Positions 58,776 through 64,000 of a stretch of DNA of 64,000 bases are shown here, one piece after another (positions within the stretch are counted from its first letter, which is position 1; every line of letters begins with the position of its first letter). This stretch comes from a bacterium. GTDB taxonomy: Bacteria > Patescibacteriota > Dojkabacteria > SC72. Made by a program: the position numbers and the translations under genes. The stretch is from assembly GCA_022840695.1 (NCBI GenBank), contig JALHDC010000004.1, positions 22,907-86,906 of the forward strand, read 5' to 3'. The notes under the pieces are model-generated. The model did no database searches, had not been told where the DNA came from, and was given only the letters and a program-made list of their open reading frames with translations.

Positions 58776-60550
58776 TTATATTTTATCTATATCTAATTTT
58801 ACCGTATATAAGCCTTTTTTCCAAATCTCCTTCCTGGTAATATCTATTCCCATTCCATTGAATATTTCATATGGTGATTTACTACTTCCAGAACTTAAAA
58901 ATTCTTTTACAAATTTAATATTTTCTATATCCTCTTTAACCATGCTTTGTAATGCTTTTGATATTAATAATCCGCTAGCATATGAATATACATAAAAAAA
59001 TTTTCTAAAATGACCAATATATATCCAACCATTTCTCATGCCTTCATCTTCATCTACATGCTCTCCTAGATATGCCTTCATATGTTTGCAAAAAAGATCA
59101 GATATATACTCCTTGCTAAGATATCCCTGTTTTCTAAATTCTGAATGTAATTCTTTTTCGAAGTTGTAAAATGCTACCTGCCTAAAGATAGAAGATACAT
59201 CCGAATTTATTTTCTCTGCTAATATAGCAAATTTAAGATCATCATTAGCTGTCTTTAATATCTCTTCCAGTACAAAATCCTCAAAAAATGTACTAGCTAT
59301 CTCTGCTAATGAAGTTGGATAGTGGCTGTTTAAAGAATTCTGCCTATGAGAAAATTCCGAGTGTATAGCATGCCCACTCTCATGCGCAATGGTTAGTACA
59401 TCATTTAGCTTCTCATTGAAGTTTAATAGTATATATGTAGGGAGATTCTTCCCAATGGTTATACAGAACCCTCCTCCTGTTTTACCTTGCTTTGCAAATG
59501 CATCGTACTGTCCATTTTTTAGAAAATTCTTAACAACATTTCCAAATTGAGTATCGATATCTTTAAAAGTATTTTGAACTAATTTAATTCCATCCTCAAA
59601 GGAGTATTGCATATCGACATTACCTAGTGGGACATTTCTTTCATGATATCCAAGTGTTTTCTGATTTAACAGTTTTGCCTTCTTTCTGTAATACTCTCTT
59701 GATATATGGAAGTTCTTTGTAACTGTATCCACTAAAGCATCAACAACAGTACTATCAATATCATCTGCTATATGTCTTGTTAAATCTGGTCTAGGTATTC
59801 CTCTATACTCATCAGATATCTTCTTATTTTCTAGAACTGAATTAATTTCAAACTCCGCTATCTCTGCATATCTACCATTTATTTTGTTAAACTCATTCGC
59901 TGCAATATCTCTAACCTCTTTGTTTTTAGCATTAAGATACTTTTGTATATCGTTGTAGGTTATTTCAATATTTTTCCCATCTTCATCTTTAATATTTAGT
60001 TTTTGCTTGTCAGTCAATTCTGAAATCATGTCTACCCAATTGGAATGGGATGTTTTGCTTGTTAGATTAAATATTTTTTCTTCTTTATCTGTGAGTAGAT
60101 ACTCTGAACCTCTGAAAAGAGATTCAAGGAAGTGTTTGTATGGTTCTAATTCCTTTGCCTTTAGAAATATTTTCTGTTGCTTTTTACCCACCTTTGAAAT
60201 ATTTAATTCAAAAAACTGTATATCATTACCAAGCTTTGTAGAAATATTGTCTAGTTTATTTAATTCTCCTTTTATTTTTGTATTTGTTTGGTCAAGGTTA
60301 TTAAGGAGGAGGAAGTAATAGATTGGTTTATTGCAAAGTCCAGTAGTTGCATACAGTTTCTCATATTCATCTAAGGCCTCTCTTAGTGCTGTCGGGTTTT
60401 GAGTGCTGTCGGGTTTTGAAGATACTCTTTATTGTTTCTCCACTTTTTTACAAAAGCCAAAACATTTTTTTTAGATTCCTCTATATCCTTTTTGATCTGT
60501 GGATCTTTTGTAGATGAATATAGGAGTTTTAGATTCCATTTTGTTTGCAT
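58776..60550 (-). pseudogene. pepF: oligoendopeptidase F (M3B) frameshifted by a 17-bp tandem duplication
   Basis: MQTKWNLKLLYS start at 60550; AHESGHAIH, LAEIASTF, YVYSYA; removing one repeat copy gives 586 codons including the stop. Confidence 0.88.
60385..60418. repeat. 17-bp perfect tandem duplication
   Basis: AGTGCTGTCGGGTTTTG x2. Confidence 0.97.
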
Positions 60551-60619
60551 TTTTAATTATATCGTTAATATGTTGATATATCTAGATTTTTTAACTATTT
60601 TTTTGTAAAATGTCCTGTA

Positions 60620-60720
60620 TCTAGTTCCTCCTAGATAGGGGAAGCCTTTCCTTAGGCGGCAGGGCTTCCCCAGAGGAAGAAACAAAATATATCTAATGAT
60701 ATTTGTTTCTTCCTCCCTCA
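60620..60720. ncRNA. candidate structured small RNA / leader
   Basis: GGGGAAGCCTT...AGGGCTTCCCC and GAGGAAGAAACAAA...TTTGTTTCTTCCTC stems; GC-rich; TAAAAT just upstream. Confidence 0.35.
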
Positions 60721-60745
60721 ATTTTCTTTGTGATATAATTACTTA

Positions 60746-60941
60746 ACACTTAGACCCAGATATCACTGGCGAGTGGTGGAAAGAAAGTCATATGACGAGT
60801 AGAATCCAACGATTAGTAATCGAAATATTACCAAACCATATTAAGTGGTTAAGAACAAAATAGGGTGGTACCGCGTACTAATGTTCGCCCCTTTGTTAAG
60901 ATTAATATATACTGTATATTAGTTTTAACAGAGGGGTTTTT
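60746..60941 (+). promoter_or_regulatory. ileS T-box riboswitch (ultrashort Stem I, AUC specifier) with intrinsic terminator
   Basis: TGaTATAAT at 60731; CCAG-ATATCA-CTGG; AAGAA/AGTAGAA Stem II; AGGGTGGTACCGCG (60862) pairing with CGCCCCT (60886); terminator 60888-60941. Confidence 0.93.
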
Positions 60942-60968
60942 GTTTAATTAATATATGAAAGAAAAGAT

Positions 60969-63938
60969 ATGGGTAAATCTAAAATACCAGAAGTAAATCC
61001 TAGGCCAAATTTTAGTGGTATGGAAGATGGATTAATTGAATTTTGGAAGGAGAAAGATATTTTTAAAAAGAGTATTGAGAGTAGATCTACAGAAAGAAGA
61101 TTCTCCTTCGTAGATGGGCCTCCCTTTGTTACAGGTACTCCACACTATGCATCACTTCTTGTCTCAATACCTAAGGATATAATCCCAAGATATTGGACTA
61201 TGAAGGGATATAGGGTTAGGAGAGTTTGGGGTTGGGATTGTCATGGATTGCCTATTGAGGAAAGAGTGAGCAAAAATTTGAATGTAAAGGACAGGAGGGA
61301 TATAGAGGAGAGGATTGGGGTGGATGAGTATGTTGGTCAATGTAGAAATTATGTTGAGAAGGGTATTACAGATTGGAGATGGTATATCGAGAAAATAGGA
61401 AGATGGGTAGATTTGGATAATGCATATCGTACCATGGACCCAGAATTTAATGAGTCTGTAATTTGGGCATTTAAACAGATTTGGGATAAAGGGTATATAT
61501 ACAAAGGGAAGAGAGTCTCTTTGTATTCTACTGATGCATCTACACCAGTTTCTAATTTTGAAGTGACTATGGATGATACATATGAGGATGTTGAGGATAT
61601 TGCAATATTTGTTAAGTTTCAGTTAAAGAGTGATAGGTTTGATGAGTATACTAACGGGGAACCTGTTAAATTAGTAGCATGGACAACTACTGCATGGACC
61701 ATACCTGCTAATTTTGCTCTTGCTGTTAACAAAGACTTTGAATATTCAATTGTTAAATACAAAAATGAATATTTAGTGGTAGCTACAGATAGGTTGGAAT
61801 ATACATTTGGGGATGAAGAGTATGAAGTGGTAAAGAGTGTTATGGGGACAGAATTTGAAGAATTAGAATATGAACCAGCATACGATTTCTATGTAAATAC
61901 TGGAACTAAAAAGGATTGGCACGTATATCTTTCTGAGGATGTAACATCTGATGAAGGTACAGGAATACTGCATATAGCCCCTGGCTTTGGAGAAGTAGAT
62001 TTCAATATAGGTCAGAAGTTGGGTTTAAGTACTATAGTTCATATTGATGAAGCAGGAAATATGCTTGATGGAGATTGGAAAGGTATGTATATCAGAGATG
62101 CATCTCCAGTTATAACAGAAGATCTTGAAAAGAGTGCAAAGCTACTTAGATCTGAGAAGTATGTACACAGACTTCCTTTCTACAGAGGCTCTAATCCTCT
62201 CATATATATGACTCAAGATTCATATTTTATCGATATTCAGAAGATTAAGCCAAAGATGTTAGAGTTGCAAAAGAAGATCAACTGGGTACCAAGTACTTTC
62301 AAAAAGAGATTTGAATATGTTTTAGAAACATCTCCTGATTGGGCAATATCCAGAAATAGATATTGGGCAACAATAATGCCGGTTTGGGAGAGTGAAGATG
62401 GTGAGCAGTTAGTTGTTGGTGGAATAGAGGAGATGATGAAGTATACAGATCAAATTGAAAAAGTTGAAATTGAAAACGGTAAGTTTGAATACAGAGTGAA
62501 TGGCAAAAAGATGACTCTACATAGAGATGTATGTGATCAGATAGTTCTAAAGAAAGATGGAAAGGAATTTAGAAGAATTCCTGAGGTATTAGATTGTTGG
62601 ATGGATTCAGGAAGTGTTCCTTTTGCGGAACATCACTATCCTTTTGAAAATAAAGAGGCTTTTGAAGAGGCATTTCCTGCTGATTTCATAGTTGAATATA
62701 CAGGGCAGATAAGGGCATGGTTTAATGTTTTGTTTAGAATGTCTATCCTTCTCTTTGATGATATCCCATATAAAAATGTCGTTTGTACTGGGGTTATGTT
62801 TGGTAATGATGGAAGAAAGATGAGTAAATCATATCAAAACTACTCTGATCCTAAAGAAACACTTGAAGCTAAGGGAGGAGAAGCATTAAGGCTCTACATA
62901 ATGTCTACTCCAATCATGGCAGGAGGAGACATCTCTTGGTCAGATGAGCTATTGGATGAACAGATTAAGGATGTTTTAATTCCTCTTTGGAATACATATA
63001 GATACTTATCTTTATATGCAAATATACATTCATGGTCTCCTGAAAGTACAGAGTATACATCTAAGAATAATTTGGATAAATGGATAGAATCATACATGAA
63101 GAGTGTGACAATAGAGTACTCTAAAGCATTGGAAAGCTACAATATACCTGTTTCTGTTAAATTGATACAGCCATGTATAGATAATATCTCTCAGTGGTGG
63201 ATTCGAAGATCTAGGGATAGATTTGCAAATGGAGATCATGATGCTCTTCAAACATTGTATGCCACTATGGTTCTTTTCTCTAAGACATTTGCTCCTCAAA
63301 TGCCTTTCTTAACTGAAGAAATATACCAAAATCTTGTTGTAAAGGCAGGAATAAAGGATAGTGAAGAATCAGTTCACTTAGAAAAATATCCAGAATTTGA
63401 AGAAAAAGATATCAATAGAGAATTGTTAGAAAAAATGTCTCTCGCAAGACAGATTTGTTCAAATGGTCTTCAAGCTAGGGAAATATCAAAGATTAGTTTA
63501 AGACAACCTCTTTCCAAAGCATATATAGCGATGGATGATGAATATATTATGAGTGTTGTAAAAGAGGAATTAAATTTAAAAGAAGTACTGTTTTCTAAGG
63601 AAGTAAATGAAGAAGATGGACTGATAACTGTAGGGGAGAATGAATTGACTGTATCCTTGGATACTAATATGACAGAGGAATTAAAAAATGAAGGTACTAT
63701 AAATGATTTCCTTAGGAAGTATAGAGATCTAAGAAAAAAGAAAGGTCTAAGAATGGATGATAAGGTTTCAGTTACTTTCTCATTCGAAGGTGGAGATGTT
63801 AAGGATGTACTTAGTGAGTATGTTTTAGGCAATATGGATGTATTACAAGCTAAGGATGTAAAAATATCCGAAAAGATCCAAGAGGGTATAGGTGGGTTTT
63901 CTATTGCAAATACTAAAGTTTTGGTACTTTTTGAGTAA
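60969..63938 (+). CDS. ileS: isoleucyl-tRNA synthetase, type 2
   Basis: DGPPF..G.PH, GWDCHGLP, WTTT.WT, GTGILH.AP, WAISRNRYW, KMSKS; no C-terminal Zn finger. Confidence 0.97.
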   Translation: MGKSKIPEVNPRPNFSGMEDGLIEFWKEKDIFKKSIESRSTERRFSFVDGPPFVTGTPHYASLLVSIPKDIIPRYWTMKGYRVRRVWGWDCHGLPIEERVSKNLNVKDRRDIEERIGVDEYVGQCRNYVEKGITDWRWYIEKIGRWVDLDNAYRTMDPEFNESVIWAFKQIWDKGYIYKGKRVSLYSTDASTPVSNFEVTMDDTYEDVEDIAIFVKFQLKSDRFDEYTNGEPVKLVAWTTTAWTIPANFALAVNKDFEYSIVKYKNEYLVVATDRLEYTFGDEEYEVVKSVMGTEFEELEYEPAYDFYVNTGTKKDWHVYLSEDVTSDEGTGILHIAPGFGEVDFNIGQKLGLSTIVHIDEAGNMLDGDWKGMYIRDASPVITEDLEKSAKLLRSEKYVHRLPFYRGSNPLIYMTQDSYFIDIQKIKPKMLELQKKINWVPSTFKKRFEYVLETSPDWAISRNRYWATIMPVWESEDGEQLVVGGIEEMMKYTDQIEKVEIENGKFEYRVNGKKMTLHRDVCDQIVLKKDGKEFRRIPEVLDCWMDSGSVPFAEHHYPFENKEAFEEAFPADFIVEYTGQIRAWFNVLFRMSILLFDDIPYKNVVCTGVMFGNDGRKMSKSYQNYSDPKETLEAKGGEALRLYIMSTPIMAGGDISWSDELLDEQIKDVLIPLWNTYRYLSLYANIHSWSPESTEYTSKNNLDKWIESYMKSVTIEYSKALESYNIPVSVKLIQPCIDNISQWWIRRSRDRFANGDHDALQTLYATMVLFSKTFAPQMPFLTEEIYQNLVVKAGIKDSEESVHLEKYPEFEEKDINRELLEKMSLARQICSNGLQAREISKISLRQPLSKAYIAMDDEYIMSVVKEELNLKEVLFSKEVNEEDGLITVGENELTVSLDTNMTEELKNEGTINDFLRKYRDLRKKKGLRMDDKVSVTFSFEGGDVKDVLSEYVLGNMDVLQAKDVKISEKIQEGIGGFSIANTKVLVLFE

Positions 63939-64000
63939 TTACTATAAGGTGTGTTTGTATATTGACATTCTAACTGGTTTTTACTAGAGTCATACTAAGC

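Noticed and set aside
60638-60671. SRP 4.5S RNA
   Set aside because: No CAGG...GNRA...AGCAG domain IV arrangement on either strand.

Overview
AT-rich bacterial chromosome segment (standard genetic code) whose gene content suggests a Patescibacteria/CPR organism, possibly Dojkabacteria-like; the taxon is an inference. Pointers are archaeal-type AspRS, type-2 IleRS, Elp3, giant surface proteins, few Shine-Dalgarno sites and many apparently leaderless genes. Housekeeping blocks (elp3, ndk, udg, dut, trxA, tsaC-tsaE fusion, tsaD, eno, mscL, rmuC, recA-recX-recJ, aspS, gltX, ileS, six tRNAs) flank an accessory region at about 16.8-34.5 kb. Main finding: downstream of tRNA-Asp(GTC) (34525-34601, minus) lies a tandem array of small gene cassettes with no integrase in the window. 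Junctions carry a copy of the tRNA 3' end plus a ~165-bp arm with three motif blocks at fixed spacing (three clear copies, two decayed). Other findings: an Actinobacteria-type ultrashort-Stem-I ileS T-box wired to an intrinsic terminator, a frameshifted divergent GGDEF/palm-domain gene with S51/S66 peptidases in the tRNA-proximal cassette, pepF broken by a 17-bp tandem duplication, a GC-rich structured ncRNA candidate with a second related copy, and two small ORFs missed by the ORF track.
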